Assembly (NCBI GenBank): GCA_964016885.1
Contig: OZ024743.1
Coordinates: forward strand, 86,118,001-86,182,000
DNA length: 64,000 nt
DNA from: Eledone cirrhosa
Lineage: Eukaryota
Direction of reading: 5' to 3'
Each line of letters starts with the position of its first letter. Position 1 is the stretch's first letter. Position numbers and translations under genes: made by a program. Of this stretch, positions 23,483 to 35,548 are shown in pieces. Under the pieces are notes generated by a model, which did not search any database, was not told the origin of the DNA, and saw nothing but the letters and a program-made list of their open reading frames with translations.

Positions 23483-25850
23483 TCATCATCATCATTTTAA
23501 GTCCGCTTATCCTTGCTTGCAAGGGTGGGGTGGGTCTTATTCAGCGCAGCATCTCTCCACTTGTCACGGTCCTTTGTCATCTCCACCGTGAGCTTCAGCG
23601 ATCTGAGGTCTGTTCTCAACACCTCCGCCCACGTTTTTCATGGTCTACCTCTACCATGTCTCCCTTCAACAGGCATTTCCTGACACTTCTTCACCCATTG
23701 GTCATCCTCCATGCGCATCACATGTCCATACCACCTCAGTCTCTTCTCTCGCACACAACATTCTATCCCTCTCAGACACAGTTTCTCTCTCAACACATCC
23801 ATGCTGGGTTGTTCACACACATTGACATTGCACATCCAATGGAGCAGGCTTGCCTCATTTCTCTCCAGCCGTCGCATATCCTCTGCGGTTGCTGCCCATG
23901 TCTCACTACCATGCAGCATCGCGCTCCTCACACAGGCATCATATAACCGGCCTTTCGTACACAGGGAGAAACCCTTCTTTGTCAGGAGAGGAAGCAGCTC
24001 CCTAAACTTCTTCCAACCCGTCCTTATTCTAGATACTATGGCCTCGGAACACCCCTCTCTCATGCTAATTTGATCTCCTAGGTACCGGAAGCTATCCACC
24101 ACTTCTATAACACCCTCTTGCATTTGAAAAATGTGTCTATCAATGCGACCTACCTGTTAGTTTGCCTGCTATTCCACTACATCTCTTGTGTACCCACGAT
24201 CTGCATTGTGTGCATTTTATAGAATTTATGCCAGTTCCTTTTCTGCATATCAAACATGGCCTTTTCCCTGACGGAATCAGAGTTTTGTCCTCTTTTCTAC
24301 TCATCAACACTTTTGTCTTAGCTAGGTTCACTCTCAGTCCTCTTGCTTGCAACTGCTGTTTCCATAGCCAGAATTTATTCTCTAGCTCCTCTACTGATTC
24401 TGCTATAAGAACCAGATCGTCAGCATAGAGAAGTTCCCATGGACAGCCAGTCTTAAACTCCTCTGTTATGGCTTGGAGGACTATAATGAACAAGAGCGGG
24501 CTGAGGACCGAACCTTGATGTACTCCTACTTGTAAACTCCATTCCTACCCTGACTTTACTGACAGTACCTCTGTACACAGTTTGCACTGTCCTCACAAGC
24601 CATTCCTCAACACCTAGTTTCCTTAGGGACCACCAGATGACAGATCGGGGTACCCTATCAAAGGCCTTCTCTAGGTCAACAAAGGCTAAGTATAGTGGCT
24701 TATTTTTCTCTAAAAACCTCTCTTGTAATTGTCTCACCAAGAAGAGGGCATCTGTTGTACTCTTCCCAGACACAAAACCAAACTGCACCTCATCTAGTTT
24801 GACCCTTTCTCTAATTAGTTGCGCTAATATCCTTTCTGCCACTTTCATAACCTGATCCATCAGTTTTATACCCCTATAATTGCTCCTCTCCAGAGCATCC
24901 CCTTTTCCTTTGTAGCAATTTATGAGAATACTGCTGCACCAGTCTTTGGGTATGACACCACCATAAATAGCCTGATTGATGATGCGTGCAGCTAGTTTAG
25001 TGCCTACGTCCCCTGATGCCTTCAGCATCTCAGCAACTATCCCCGATGGTCCAGCACCCTTACCATTTTTCATTTCCTTAATCACCTCTTGGACCCTATA
25101 TTCGTCAATCTCAATAGCTGGTCCCTCTGTCGGATCTACTGAGGGTAATTTCTCTCTCTCCCATTCGTTCTCCACATTCATCAGTCTCTCATAATGACAT
25201 TTCTAGGCCTCCTTTTTCTGATCATTCTTGACACTAAGTACACCGGCATCATTCCCGACACATTTATCTCCAACAACATCCTGATTTGCATTGACACACT
25301 GCCTGTCCCGCTGCCTAACTAATAAGAAGTCTATCTGGCTTACGTGCTCGCCAGATTTGTAGGTTATTAGGTGGTTGGCAGGTTTCTGGAAGTTAGTGTT
25401 GCAAATAGTCAGTGTACTTGCATCACAAAATTCAAGAAGTCTCACTCCTTGTTCATTTCTTGAGCCGTAACCGTGCCCACCATGTACCCCAGTGTAACCA
25501 TCCTGGAGCTGTCCAACATGACCATTGAAGTCCCCTGCTAGCATAATGATGTCTCTATCCTCTGTCATTGCGGTTGTTTGTAAAAGTTGCTCGTAAAAGC
25601 AGTCTTTCTCTTCTTTGTCTAGGCCTGCTTGGGGAGCATAGGCAGAGATTGTCAGTAGTCTCCTGTCTACAACTAATCTAAGCTTAATTATTTGATACAC
25701 TGGTTAGATGCTCTTCCTAACACCAGCGCCACTTTACAGCATGGATTGGGTGCTTTTATTTGTGCCACCAGCACTAGAGAGGATATCTTACTCGTCTCAA
25801 TGGCCCTCCTCTACCCCTCCATTTTACAGCATGGTCATAACCCCCCCCCC
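23483..25850 (-). pseudogene. RTE family C copy with several internal deletions
   Basis: ORF pieces 25203-25700, 24453-25181, 24140-24493, 23638-24123; 5' UTR at 25700-25850; (GAT)n tail. Confidence 0.93.
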
Positions 25851-26117
25851 CCCACTTATTGACACTCACGACACACACACACACACACACTCACTCACCA
25901 ACACTCATGCATACAAAACTACAAACACACACGTCACTCACACACCAACATTCATGCATACAAATACTCACACCACTCACACACACAAACACATACATAT
26001 ATATATATATATATTACCGTCAGTACTGATACAAAATCAAAATCATGTCAACTGTTGACTTTTCCAGCAATGCACTGGGACAATCACTGCCCCGTGCCAA
26101 CAACAGAATAGTTAATG

Positions 26118-26225
26118 ACAGTATCGGTAGAGGGTCGGACGCCATGCTTTGACGCGTAGAGTTACGGTCCTTGCCATCCTGAGTTCAAACCCTGCCGAGG
26201 TTAACTTTGCCTTTCATCTTGATCG
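26118..26225 (+). mobile_element. SINE family 2, partial
   Basis: cagtatcggtagagggtcggac...GAGTTCAAACCC...ctttgcctttcatc. Confidence 0.75.
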
Positions 26226-26600
26226 CTGGTGATGGTGGTGGTGGTGGATGATGTCACTGATGGTGATGGTGGTGGATGGTGCCAGTTCATGGTGGCTGTG
26301 GTGGTAGTGGTGGTGGTGAAGGTGGTGGATGGTGTCAGTGATGGTGATGGTGGTGGTGGTGGATGATGTCACTGATGGTGATGGTGGTGGATGGTGCCAG
26401 TTCATGGTGGCTGTGGTGGTAGTGGTGGTGGTGAAGGTGGTGGATGGTGTCAGTGATGGTGATGGTGGTGGTGGTGGATGATGTCACTGATGGTGATGGT
26501 GGTGGATGGTGCCAGTTCATGGTGGCTGTGGTGGTAGTGGTGGTGGTGAAGGTGGTGGATGGTGTCAGTGATGGTGATGGTGGTGGTGGTGGATGGTGTC
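26226..26600. repeat. GGT/GAT-derived minisatellite, 115 bp period, ~3 units
   Basis: gccagttcat at 26281, 26396, 26511. Confidence 0.85.
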
Positions 26601-26935
26601 AGTGCTGGTGGTGGCAGTTGTTGTTGTTGTTGTTGTTGCTGCTGCTGCCGTTGTTGTTGTTCATTTCACTGATGCTGCTGCTGCAGACAATGGTGCTGTT
26701 GCTGTTGTTGTAGTCGCTAGGTTGAAATTTTGAAATTTGTTCGCTTCGCGTGTGTGATATATAATATACATATATATACATACACATATATATATATATA
26801 TACATACACACACACACGTATTCAACACAGACAATGGTGTTGTTGCTGTTGTAGTTGCTGTTGTTGTTGTAGTAGTTGTTGCTGTGTTGAAATCTGGTTG
26901 CATCCACTGAGATATATATATATACATACATATAT

Positions 26936-26999
<64 letters not shown>

Positions 27000-27128
27000 T
27001 AAAATAACAGATTAAAGTTTAAGCAAAGAATCGCTGCTTTCACCCTTAACGGGATCTTCTGAAACTAACAAAGTCAATCTGTAAACGCAGAACTGGATAT
27101 TTCAAAAAACGTTATATATATATATATA

Positions 27129-30100
27129 AAATCTGGACGCTCAGCGACAATGCCAAAGTTAAAGACAAACACACCTCGTGGACGAGAATGCGAGCATGCC
27201 TCTTTGTTTCGGCCGCGGATGGCTAACACAACCCCATCTCCCCCCGCTCCCCACCTTTCCCACCCCCCAAACGCAATCCAAAACTTCAGATTTGGTACCT
27301 TGAATGTAGGCACCTTAAAGGGTCGCTCTAACGAGGTTGTAGAAATGCTTGAACGTAAGGAGGTCGATGTTTGTTGTATTCAAGAGACCAGGTGGAGGGG
27401 TGGATCTGCTAGATTCATTGTTAGATTCATTGTGGGTAGAAAACGATGCTATAAGCTTTTCTGGGTGGGAAATGACAATGGGCTGGGTGGGGTAGGAATT
27501 ATGGTAGCAGAAAAGTGGGCAGATAAGATAATAGACGTAAATAGAGTGAACGACAGAATAATTAAAATAAGACTTGTCCTCAATAGAACCACGGTGACAG
27601 TAATATCCGCGTACGCACCCCAATCCGGACTGCCCAGCACTATAAAAGACAGATTCTATGAGACACTGATGCTCACTACCTCCCAAATAACCGACAGTGA
27701 CTATATAATTATTGCAGGCGACCTAAACGGTCACGTTGGACAACATTGTGATGGCTACGACGAAATCCATGGAGGCTATGGGTTTGGTACTAGAAATGAG
27801 GAAGGCTCCAGAATCCTGGAATTCTGTGACGCAAATAACCTAACTATCTGCAACACTAACTTCAAAAAAAGAGACAATCACTTGATCACCTACAGATCAG
27901 GGGAACATACCAGCCAGGTAGATTATATCCTTACCAGAAGACGTGACAAAGTGACTGTTGTAAACACTAAATCCCTCCCCCATGAAGAATGCACCTCCCA
28001 ACATAGACTGATAATTAGCGACCTAATAGTCAGGACGAGACGTACTAGACAACAGAAGAGGACTATCCTCAGGAGAAAAATATGGAAGCTAAAGGACCCC
28101 ACAGCCAAAAATAAATTCCAAAGCATATTACTTGATGCTTTCGACAGTAAGGAAGAGCAATTAGAGTCGTACAAGGTAGAGGAACAGTGGGAATTCCTGA
28201 AAGCAAACCTGCTGACGGCGACAGACGAAGTCTGTGGCTGGAGCAGGCCTGTAGGCAGGAGGAGAGTAACATGGTGGTGGAACAGTAAGGTGGAGGGGTC
28301 AATTAAGGCCAAAAAGCAGGCTTGGAAAGTATGGCGGGATGGGGGAAGCAGAGAAGACTATCAAGTGGCCAGGAGGGAAGCTAGGAGACAAGTGTACTTC
28401 GCAAGAAGGGAAGCAGAGGAAAGAAAGTTCAAGCATGTTCTACAATGTGAGGACCAAAAACGTGAGGTGTTCAGGATTGCTAGGCAATGTGTCAAGGAGA
28501 ACAGTGATATTGTCGGGGAGAAGTGTGTACTTAACGATGACGGCGTACTTGCCATCACCGACGCCGATAAGAAGGTAGCTTGGATGTGTCACTATGAAAG
28601 GCTACTAAATGAGGAGAATAAATGGGAGAAAGACAGTCTCCCCCACATCGACCCAATAGAGGGACCAGCAGTGTTAGTCAAGGGTAGTATAATAAGTAAG
28701 GCAATCAAAGATATGAAGACAGGCAAGGCGGCTGGGCCTTCGGAAATAGTTGCTGAGATGCTGAAGGTATCTGGTACGGTGGGACACACCATGGTCACCC
28801 GGATAGTCAACCAAGTCATACAGAATGGGGTTGTTCCGAAGGACTGGCGTAGCAGCATCATCGTTAACTGTTATAAGGGTAAAGGAGATGCCCTAGATAG
28901 GAGTAACTATAGAGGCATTAAATTAATCGACCAGGTCATGAAGGTCACGGAAAAAGTAATAGCGCAACTAATCAGAGAGCGAATTGATCTAGATGAAATG
29001 CAGTTCGGGTTTGTGTCAGGAAAAAGTACCACAGACGCTCTTTTCATTGTACGACAACTACAGGAGAAGTACCTAGCTAAAAGTAAACCCCTATACTTAG
29101 CTTTCGTCGACTTGGAGAAGGCCTTCGACAGAGTCCCCCGTTCCATTATCTGGTGGGCTCTTAGAAAACTAGGTGTTGATGAATGGCTTGTGAGAGCTAT
29201 ACAAGCCATGTATAAAGAAACAGTCAGCAAGGTTAGAATTAACAACGAATATAGTGAAGAGTTTAGTGTAAAAGTTGGTGTTCATCAGGGATCTGTTCTT
29301 AGCTTCCTACTATTTATTATTGCCCTCCAGGCTATAACAGTGGAGTTCAAGACCGGCTGCCCATGGGAACTCCTATACGCAGATGATCTAACGCTCATAG
29401 CTGAATCAATGACCGAGCTAGAGAAGAAATTCCAAACATGGAAGTACGGCCTAGAATCAAAAGGCCTTAAAATTAACCTGGCTAAGACTAAAGTTCTAGT
29501 TTGTAAGAAAGAAAATAAGGCGGCGGTCCCCTCCGGGAAGTGGCCATGCGCAGAGTGTAGGAAAGGCGTAGGTAGAAACTCCATTTTGTGTCCCAAATGC
29601 AAAGTTTGGGTGCATAAAAGATGTAGTGGGATCACAGGTAAGCTAACTAAGAACATAGATTTTACATGTGGCCGGTGTTCCGGCGCAATAAGTAGCAGCA
29701 AGTGCCCACAAAATACTAGCTCTTTCAGCTGCGCAGAGGGTTCTATAGAAATAGTGGACAGCTTCCGTTACCTGGGTGACAAAATCAGCAGTGGGGGAGG
29801 GTGCTCTGAAAGTACAGTAGCTAGAGTCAGAACTGGGTGGAAAAAATTCAGAGAGCTTATACCACTATTAGCCGCTAAAGGGTTCTCCCTAAAAATGAAA
29901 GGCAGGTTGTACGATGCCTGCATACGAACAGCAATGTTGCATGGCAGTGAGACCTGGGCATTGTGTGCAGAAGATATACGCAGACTAGAGAGAAACGAAG
30001 CTTGCATGCTCCGCTGGATGTGTAATAGTGAACGACAAAGCATAAACGAACTAAGGAAAAAATTAGAAATAAGAGGGATCAGATGTTGTCTACTCGAGAG

Positions 30101-30714
30101 AAGGCTACGTTGGTATGGTCACGTAATGCGCATGAAGGACGATAGCTGTATAACAAAGTGCAGGGCAATAAAGATAGACGGTAGCCACGGAATAGGCAAA
30201 CCCAGAAAAACCTGGGATGAGCTGATAAACTCCGACCTCACACACTTACACCTCACCAAGACAATGTCACTGGACCGAGACCTTTGGCGGTACTCAGTAA
30301 TAGAGAAGACCCGCCTTACCTAAATACATAGTAAAACCTACTACAGCCAGTAGGCATCTCTAACAAAATACACCCCCGTCCCACCACCAACACCCCATCC
30401 ACACCACCCCTCCTATGTAAAGTTATGTTGGTGCCACAACATCCAGGCCGAAACAAATGAGATCGTGTAGGTGTCACGACAAAAAAACACACAGTCCACG
30501 CTGTAATGTGGCCGTGTAGGCAACACGGTAAAAACCTCCCAGACCCACACTGTAAATGTGGTTGGTGTTAGGAAGGGCATCCAACTGTAAAAAACCTGCC
30601 AGACAGTCCTATGCGAGCAAGACAATCACTCTTGCCTCAAGTGGGAATACCCCGTCCAAACCCATGCAAGCGTGGAACACGGACGTTAAACGTTGATGAT
30701 GATGATGATGATGA
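27129..30714 (+). mobile_element. RTE family B copy with intact ORF
   Basis: ORF plus 3' UTR and (GAT)n; 5' UTR truncated at a TA run. Confidence 0.97.
27150..30323 (+). CDS. RTE polyprotein (APE + RT with inserted PHD finger), 1057 aa
   Basis: All APE and RT motifs present; PHD at 29547-29678; in-frame 12-nt duplication (RFIVRFIV). Confidence 0.96.
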   Translation: MPKLKTNTPRGRECEHASLFRPRMANTTPSPPAPHLSHPPNAIQNFRFGTLNVGTLKGRSNEVVEMLERKEVDVCCIQETRWRGGSARFIVRFIVGRKRCYKLFWVGNDNGLGGVGIMVAEKWADKIIDVNRVNDRIIKIRLVLNRTTVTVISAYAPQSGLPSTIKDRFYETLMLTTSQITDSDYIIIAGDLNGHVGQHCDGYDEIHGGYGFGTRNEEGSRILEFCDANNLTICNTNFKKRDNHLITYRSGEHTSQVDYILTRRRDKVTVVNTKSLPHEECTSQHRLIISDLIVRTRRTRQQKRTILRRKIWKLKDPTAKNKFQSILLDAFDSKEEQLESYKVEEQWEFLKANLLTATDEVCGWSRPVGRRRVTWWWNSKVEGSIKAKKQAWKVWRDGGSREDYQVARREARRQVYFARREAEERKFKHVLQCEDQKREVFRIARQCVKENSDIVGEKCVLNDDGVLAITDADKKVAWMCHYERLLNEENKWEKDSLPHIDPIEGPAVLVKGSIISKAIKDMKTGKAAGPSEIVAEMLKVSGTVGHTMVTRIVNQVIQNGVVPKDWRSSIIVNCYKGKGDALDRSNYRGIKLIDQVMKVTEKVIAQLIRERIDLDEMQFGFVSGKSTTDALFIVRQLQEKYLAKSKPLYLAFVDLEKAFDRVPRSIIWWALRKLGVDEWLVRAIQAMYKETVSKVRINNEYSEEFSVKVGVHQGSVLSFLLFIIALQAITVEFKTGCPWELLYADDLTLIAESMTELEKKFQTWKYGLESKGLKINLAKTKVLVCKKENKAAVPSGKWPCAECRKGVGRNSILCPKCKVWVHKRCSGITGKLTKNIDFTCGRCSGAISSSKCPQNTSSFSCAEGSIEIVDSFRYLGDKISSGGGCSESTVARVRTGWKKFRELIPLLAAKGFSLKMKGRLYDACIRTAMLHGSETWALCAEDIRRLERNEACMLRWMCNSERQSINELRKKLEIRGIRCCLLERRLRWYGHVMRMKDDSCITKCRAIKIDGSHGIGKPRKTWDELINSDLTHLHLTKTMSLDRDLWRYSVIEKTRLT

Positions 30715-31155
30715 TACACACATTCAACAAAGAAGTTAGCAGTTTGTCAACAGTCAACAGGTCAGCCACCTTAGTGTAGATAGGTAGGGTAATGACTTAT
30801 GTGGTGGTGTTTGGGAGCAAGTGTAGACGTTATTGTGGTGGCAGGGGGCAGTGAGATATAACAAGTTCATAGTTCACTTGTCCCTTTTCCTCTCTTTTCA
30901 AAATTTGAATTTATGGCCATTTTGTAAGCGTAAAATGTAAAAATTTTAAATAGAGATTGCTCTGGAAAAATATATGGAATATTTTTGTAGCTACCACAGC
31001 TTTTGTCAGAACATTTCCCGGCGGCCAATGAGCAAACATTTTGTTGTATTTTGGTCTTTTAGAATACAAAAATTAGTAAAAACTTACCCCACGAAAAACA
31101 GTGTGTTGTCCCATCTATGATCTCCCTCTATATTATATATATATATATATATATT

Positions 31156-31404
31156 TTAGGAACGATCGACTTTCGTCAAATCGGACCGACGAAACAATGT
31201 TTCCGTTGGTCTTTCCAATTGCTAATATATCTATCGGTCGCAACTCCAGGTAGAAGGAGCAACGTGAAATGAAGTGACTTGCTCAAGAACATAACGCATC
31301 GCCCTGTCCAGGAATCGAACTCACAACCTTACGATTGCGAATCCAATTCTTTAACCACTCAGCCACACGCCTTCACACGCCTTGTGAAGGCGTGTGGCTG
31401 AGTC
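31156..31404 (-). mobile_element. tRNA-derived CORE-SINE (family 3, different tail) with 5' fold-back duplication
   Basis: TGGCTGAGTGG A box, GAGTTCGATTCC B box, TCTTGAGCAAGTCACTT CORE. Confidence 0.8.
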
Positions 31405-31486
31405 ACACATATATATATATACATATATATATATATACATATATATATATTATAGATATGTAATATATATATTATATATGTATATA

Positions 31487-33999
31487 TCATCATCATCATC
31501 ATAGTTTAACGTCCATCTTCCACACTTGCATGGGTTTGGACGGGAATTTTCCCACTTGAGGCAAGATTGGTTGTCTTGCTCAAATAGGACTGTCTGGCCG
31601 GTTTTCTAGGGCTGGATGCCCTTCATAACACCAACCACATTTACAGTGTGGACTGGGAAGGTATAACCGTGTTACCTACATGGCCACATTACAGCGTGGA
31701 CTGTGTATTTTTTTGTCGTGACACCTACACGACCTCATTTGTTTCGGACTGGATGTTGTGGTACCAACATAACTTTACACGAAAGGGGTGGTGTGGATGG
31801 GGTTGGGGTAGTGGGACGCGGGTGTATTTTGGTAAGAGGTGCCTACTGACTGTAGTAGGTTTCACTTTGCACTTAGGCAAGGCGGGTCTTCTGTATTACT
31901 GCGTAGCGCCAAAGATCTCGGTCCAGTGACATTGTCTTGGAGAGGTGAAAGTGTGTGAGGTCGGAATTTATCAAATCGTCCCAGGTTTTTCTGGGTCTGC
32001 CTACTCCGTGGCTACCATCTATTTTAATCGCCCTGCACTTTTTTATACGGCTGTCGTCTTTCATGCGCATCACGTGACCATCAAAGATATGAAGACAGGC
32101 AAGGCAGCTGGGCCTTCGGAGATAGTTGCAGGCATCTGGAATGGTGGGACACACTATGGTCACCCGTATAGTTAACCAAGTAATACAGAATGGGGTCATA
32201 CCAAAAGACTGGCGTAGCAGCATCATCATTAACTGCTACAAGGGTAAAAGAGATGCCCTAGATAGGGGAAACTATAGGGGTATTAAAATTAATTGACCAG
32301 GTCATGAAGGTCACAGAAAAAGTTATAGTGCAACTAATCAGAGAACAAATTGATCTAGACGAACTGCAGTTTGGGTTTGTGTCAGGTAAAAGTACCACAG
32401 ACGCTCTTTTCCTTGTACGACAACTACAAGATAAGTACCTAGCTAAAAGTAAACCCCTCTACTTAGCTTTTGTAGACCTGGAAAAAGCCTTTGACAGAGT
32501 CCCCCTTTCCATTATCTGGTGGGCTCTTAGAAAACTAGGTGTAGATGAATGGCTTGTGAGAGTTATACAAGCTATGTATAATGAAACAGTCAGTAAGGTT
32601 AGATTTAACAATTAATATTGTGAAGAATTTAGTGTAAAAGTTGGTGTTCACCAAAGCTCTGTCCTTAGCCCCCTCCTATTTATTATTGCCCTTCAGGCTA
32701 TAACAGAGGAGTTCAAGACCGGCTGCCCATGGGAACTCCTATACGCAGATGATCTAACACTCTTAGCTGTATCAATGGCTGAACTAGAAAAGAAATTCCA
32801 AACATGGAAGCATGGCCTAGAATCAAAAGGCCTTAAAGTTAACTTGTCTAAGACTAAAGTCCTAGTTTGTAGAAAGGAAAATAAGGCACAGGTACCCTCA
32901 GGGAAATAGCCTTGCTCAGTGTGTAGGAAAGGAGTAGGCAGAAATTCCATTTTATGTCCCAAATGCAAAGTATGGGTACATAAAAGATCTAGTGGGATCA
33001 CAGGTAAACTATCTAAGAACGTAGACTTTATATGTGGCCGATGCTCAGGTGCAGTAGGTAGCAAGTGTCCACAGGATACTAGCCCCTTCTATTGCCCAGA
33101 TGGTTCTATAGAAATAGTAGACACTTTCCGTTACCTGGGTGACGAAATCAGCAGTGGTGGAGGGTGTTCTGAAAGTACAGTAGCCAGAGGCAGAACGGAA
33201 TGGAATGATACATGGCAGTGAGACATGCGTAGACTGGAAAGGAACAAAGCATGCATGCTCCGTTGGATGTGTAATAGTAATATACATGAACGGCAAAGCA
33301 TAAATGAACTAAGTGAGAAATTAAGAATAAGAGGGATCGGATGCTGTTTACTCGAGAGAAGACTATGTTGCTATGGTCACGTGATGTGCATGAAAGACGA
33401 CAGCTGTATAAAAAAGGGCGATCAAAATTGTTGGTAGTTACGGAGTAGGTAGACCCAGAAAAACCTGGGACGACTTGATAAATTCCGACCTCACACACTT
33501 TCACCTCTCCAAGACAATGTCACAGGACCGAGATCTTTGGCGCTACGCAGTAATACAGAAGACCCGCCTTGCCTATGTACAAAGCGAAACCTACAGTCAG
33601 TAGGCACCTCTTAACCAAATATACACCCCAATCTACTACCCACCCCTACCCTATCCTCCCACTCCCACCAACACCAGCCTCTCTCTATAAAGTTGGTACC
33701 ACAACATCCAGTCCAAATAAATGAGATAATGAGATCGAGATCGTGTAGGTGTCACGAGAAAAAACACCCAGTCCACGCTGTAATGTGGCCGTGTAGGTAA
33801 CACGGTAAAAAGTTCCCAGTTCCACACTATAAATGTGGTTGGTGTTAGGAAGGGCATCCAGCCGTAGAAAACCTGCCAGATAGTCCTATATGAGCGAGAC
33901 ATGGTCACCTGACCAACCTTGCCTCAAGTGGGACAACTCCCGTCTAACCCAAGCTAGCATGGAAAATGGACGTTAAACGAAGATGATGACGATGATGAT
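31487..33999. mobile_element. Two 5'-truncated RTE-B copies fused head-to-head (- 31487-32081; + 32080-33999)
   Basis: Both ends have a 3' UTR and (GAT)n tail; junction cacgtgaccATcaaagatatg; decayed ORFs. Confidence 0.9.
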
Positions 34000-34004
34000 A
34001 ATGT

Positions 34005-34045
<41 letters not shown>

Positions 34046-34061
34046 TATATATATAATATTT

Positions 34062-34250
34062 AGTATTACTGGTACTTTATTTTATTGACCCTGTAAGGAC
34101 GAAAGACAAAGTTGACCTCGGCGGGATTTGAACTCAGAATGGAAAGGGCCGTAACTCTATGCGTCAAAGCATGGCGTCCGACTCTCTACCGATACTGCCA
34201 ATTCACCGTAAGTGGATTGGCAGTATCGGTAGAGGGAGTATTGGCAGTAT
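34062..34250 (-). mobile_element. SINE family 2 with inverted duplication of its 5' end
   Basis: B box and Meta-like domain on the - strand; tggcagtatcggtagag repeated on the + strand. Confidence 0.75.
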
Positions 34251-34951
34251 AAGTGTTATAATATAATGGCCATTAACCGGGAATGTTGACATTTGAAAAT
34301 GTTAAAGAAGTCAATAAGCTATAAAATATATTTAATCAACAGCCACGAAATTTAGTAGATAAATTATGTAATATTCATTCATTATTTATTCAAAGTAATC
34401 CAACTTATTTTACAAACGGGATTAAAAAAATATAATCTGGACGCAGTCCCGCACTCCTTTCTTTATTATAGTTTAGATATATAATATATATATATATATT
34501 CCTCTCTCTCTCTCTATATATATACAGAGGAAGGGAAGGAACTGTGTACCAGGAAGTTGCAGAGATTATGGGCACACTTAAAGGTAGTGGTGTGCCCATT
34601 CTGGTACCCATGGCTACCCTATATATACATATATATATAGGCGGTGAATTGGCAGAGTCATTAAAATGTTGGATTGAATGAGTTGTGGTATTTGTTTCAA
34701 CTCTCAGCAGACTGAGTTCAACTTTGCTTTTCATCCTCCAGTACTGGAGTCATTTCATCGTCTATATCTCTTTTTCACTTCCTCTTTATCACTTTCTCCC
34801 CTTCTCTGGAAGAAATTAGTTGTGTTCAGACCTGGAGAAGGGATCGACTCTGCCAAATTTAAAATGCCCAATAAATGTTGTTTGTCACTTGAGCACCCCT
34901 ACAACTTCACCACGAGTTATGGGTTGATACATAAATCTAATATTTATATAT

Positions 34952-35034
34952 ATGTTACTTTTACAGAAGCTACAACAGCTAATAATGCTTCAAATATCCT
35001 TTGGTTGTATCTCTTGCACAGTCCTACCAAGATG
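34952..35034 (+). CDS. Duplicate of the putative first coding exon (signal peptide) of the host gene
   Basis: Identical to 41810-41892; ends TG|gtaagt; lies in the 34522-35548 duplication. Confidence 0.55.
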
Positions 35035-35067
35035 GTAAGTAATTATTATTATTATTATTATTATTGT

Positions 35068-35258
35068 CAGTGGATTGGCAGTATCGGTAGAGAGTCGGAC
35101 GCCATGCTTTGCAGCAAAGAGTTACGGCTTTTTATGGTCTGAGTTCAAATCCCGCTGAGGTTAAGTTTGCCTTTCATTCTTACGGGGTTGATAAAATATA
35201 GTACCAGTAATACACTGGGATAATTGCTGGCCTTGTGCCAAAAGTAGAAATAATAATT
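35068..35258 (+). mobile_element. tRNA-derived Meta-domain-type SINE (family 2)
   Basis: TGGCAGTATCGG, GAGTTCAAATCC, gcctttcatt...ggggttgataaaat..agtaccag, TAA/ATT tail. Confidence 0.8.
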
Positions 35259-35548
35259 ATTATTATTGTTCTGTCAGTCTCAGTCATTGATGTTATTTAA
35301 CTGGAAACTTTGTTGAAATGAATATCAAGCTGCTACCTGCAGCCTCAGATATTCAGGACGTATCGGAGGGTTCTTGCTGTTCCCAGCAAGCAAGCCTTTT
35401 GAAGTGTTCCAAAATACGGGGCTGGACTAATCTTCTTTAACCATCCTTGGAAACTCCTTGAGATAGTACCTAGTGCTCCTATGACAATAGGGACGACCTT
35501 GATCTCATGGCAGTTCCAAATCCTTTTTAACTCCCACTTTAAATCCTG
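35259..35548 (-). mobile_element. 3' end of R4/Dong-like element (duplicate of ~42126-42416)
   Basis: Direct sequence match. Confidence 0.8.

Noticed and set aside
27025-27066. Functional hammerhead on the - strand
   Set aside because: Core reads CAGAAGA and stems I/III do not close; at most a relic.
34678-35142. 154/157-aa ORFs (also 41536-42009) as genes
   Set aside because: Run through SINE and (TAT)n sequence; the plausible exon inside uses a different frame.
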